From positions 1 to 5,753 of the IMG/VR virus record IMGVR_UViG_3300045988_003325: 5,753 nt of DNA; one strand, 5' to 3'. How positions within the stretch are numbered: the first letter of the stretch is position 1; each line of letters opens with the position of its first letter. This document shows, in pieces, positions 5,121 through 5,753 of the stretch. The notes under the pieces are model-generated. The model was not told where the DNA came from, searched no databases, and saw only the letters and a program-made list of their open reading frames with translations. Position numbers and translations under genes: made by a program. This stretch comes from a virus.

Positions 5121-5190
5121 ATCGCGCGTGCGCGCGTGCGCGCTATCGCGCGTGCGCGCGTGCGCGCTATCGCGCGTGCGTGCACGTGTG
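5121..5190. repeat. GC-rich tandem repeat: the 24-nt unit ATCGCGCGTGCGCGCGTGCGCGCT occurs as two exact copies (5121-5144, 5145-5168) plus a diverged partial copy (5169-5190) ending in the palindrome CGTGCACG. Alternating purine/pyrimidine (CG/TG) tract.
   Basis: Exact copies verified by eye. About 85% GC inside a ~43% GC genome. Many self-complementary CGCGCG/GCGCGC blocks allow alternative hairpins in ssDNA or Z-DNA in dsDNA. Confidence 0.75.
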
Positions 5191-5236
5191 AATTAGATTA
5201 TTTGATAGACTGAATAGTCTGATATATGGAGTCTTT

Positions 5237-5276
5237 AAACGACAAAAGCCCAGTGCTTACTTGATAGGCACTGGGC
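5237..5276 (-). terminator. Rho-independent terminator downstream of VP4 on the minus strand: 9-bp stem GCCCAGUGC/GCACUGGGC, 11-nt loop, then UUUUGUCGUUU
   Basis: + 5248-5256 gcccagtgc and 5268-5276 gcactgggc are exact reverse complements. The A-tract at + 5244-5247 gives the U-run on the minus-strand RNA. Lies 21 nt after the VP4 TAA (5299..5297). Confidence 0.55.
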
Positions 5277-5296
5277 TAGGTGACACCATGACACTG

Positions 5297-5753
5297 TTAA
5301 AGTGTCCCTTTTTTCTTTGTTTGTTTCTTGATTACTCTTTCTTTTGTCTTGCACTGTTCCGTAAAGTCTGCGTTTTCATACTTAAGCCTGTTTTCTGCTA
5401 TGACTGCTTCTTGTCTGTTCTGCTTAATTCTCCACAATCTTTGTGGGTTTTCAGCTTCCATCATTTTTTCATAATAACGTGGAATTTGTGCGTGTTTTCC
5501 GTTTGTGCATTGGATATAGCCTTGCTTCCATATTTCTGCTTTGTGTTCTTGGTAATAGTGGTCTCCCAGGCCTGGCTTGAGACTCATACATGCAAAAGGT
5601 TTTTGTTGCCCTAGTTCATAGTATGCGTTTGCCTTTATTCCGTCTATTTCGTACATTTTTTTTGTAACGTACCCTGCAACATATCTATATGTTTCTGGCA
5701 CTGCTTGTGCTATCTGTATTTGACCCATGCCCCATATGTTTGCTAGCCATTTA
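5297..5753 (-). CDS. VP4: Replication initiation protein VP4, C-terminal part (continuation of the gene whose start is at 662). Nt 5655-5753 duplicate nt 1-99.
   Basis: The track ORF 5297..5728 (MGQIQIAQAVPETYRYVAGYVTKKMYEIDG...) is in frame with, and contiguous to, the N-terminal part across the circular junction. It contains motif 3 YVAGYVTKK and ends at TAA 5299..5297. Confidence 0.9.
   Translation of the reverse strand, partial: KWLANIWGMGQIQIAQAVPETYRYVAGYVTKKMYEIDGIKANAYYELGQQKPFACMSLKPGLGDHYYQEHKAEIWKQGYIQCTNGKHAQIPRYYEKMMEAENPQRLWRIKQNRQEAVIAENRLKYENADFTEQCKTKERVIKKQTKKKGTL
5655..5753. repeat. Terminal redundancy: 99 nt identical to window positions 1-99 (circular genome closure; unit length 5,654 nt)
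   Basis: Exact string identity of 5655-5753 with 1-99 checked base by base. The VP4 reading frame is continuous across this junction. Confidence 0.9.

Larger units (their letters stand above)
4868..5296. promoter_or_regulatory. Major non-coding control region between the VP4 stop and the first gene of the long minus-strand operon. Contains the iteron-like repeats, palindromes, GC-rich tandem repeat and rho-independent terminator listed separately; probable location of the promoter(s) and of origin/packaging signals.
   Basis: No credible ORF on either strand (the 69-aa + ORF 4855-5064 is generated by the repeats). It is the only sizeable non-coding stretch in a very compact 5.65-kb genome. 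Confidence 0.6.

Noticed and set aside
5121-5190. Possibility that the GC-rich tandem repeat is a CRISPR array
   Set aside because: The units are contiguous with no spacers, there are only 2.5 copies, and there are no cas genes. It is a simple tandem repeat.
5261-5614. Plus-strand 117-aa ORF
   Set aside because: Antisense to the C-terminal half of VP4, which contains conserved motif 3.
5655-5753. The 99-nt terminal direct repeat as an LTR, attachment site or prophage boundary
   Set aside because: The rep reading frame runs seamlessly through the junction and the repeat is exact. This is the overlap of a circular contig, not a biological direct repeat or integration scar.

Overview
The window is a complete, circularly permuted genome of a gokushovirus-like Microviridae ssDNA phage. 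Nt 5655-5753 repeat nt 1-99 exactly, so the unit genome is 5,654 nt and the window is a circular contig written out with a 99-nt overlap. Every credible gene lies on the minus strand, so the given + strand is the complement of the mRNA/virion-sense strand. Reading 5'->3' on the minus strand the genes are: a ~430-nt non-coding control region (4868-5296); a peptidase M15 cell-wall hydrolase; a 40-aa amphipathic peptide; a 74-aa protein; a 40-aa arginine/lysine-rich J-like DNA-binding protein (too short for the supplied ORF track); a 79-aa protein; a ~140-aa acidic protein with a Lys/Glu-rich tail (candidate VP3-like scaffold); major capsid protein VP1 (548 aa, GTG start with a perfect AGGAGG Shine-Dalgarno); DNA pilot protein VP2 (297 aa); and the rolling-circle replication initiator VP4 (339 aa), which wraps across the window junction (662->1, continuing 5753->5297) and carries all three Microviridae Rep motifs. 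Genes are tightly packed, with ATGA, GTGA and TAAAATG stop/start overlaps. A stem-loop with a U-tract sits between VP1 and VP2, and a second one follows VP4. The non-coding region carries six phased TTCAACA (DnaA-box-like) direct repeats, several palindromes and a ~70-nt, ~85% GC alternating purine/pyrimidine tandem repeat (24 nt x 2.5) next to an AT-rich tract. This region is the best candidate for the promoter and origin/packaging region. Strong SD sequences throughout argue for a non-Bacteroidetes (for example Firmicutes-type) host. The ~1.6-kb accessory module and the control region are the parts worth experimental follow-up. All calls come from reading the sequence and from remembered family motifs; no searches were run.
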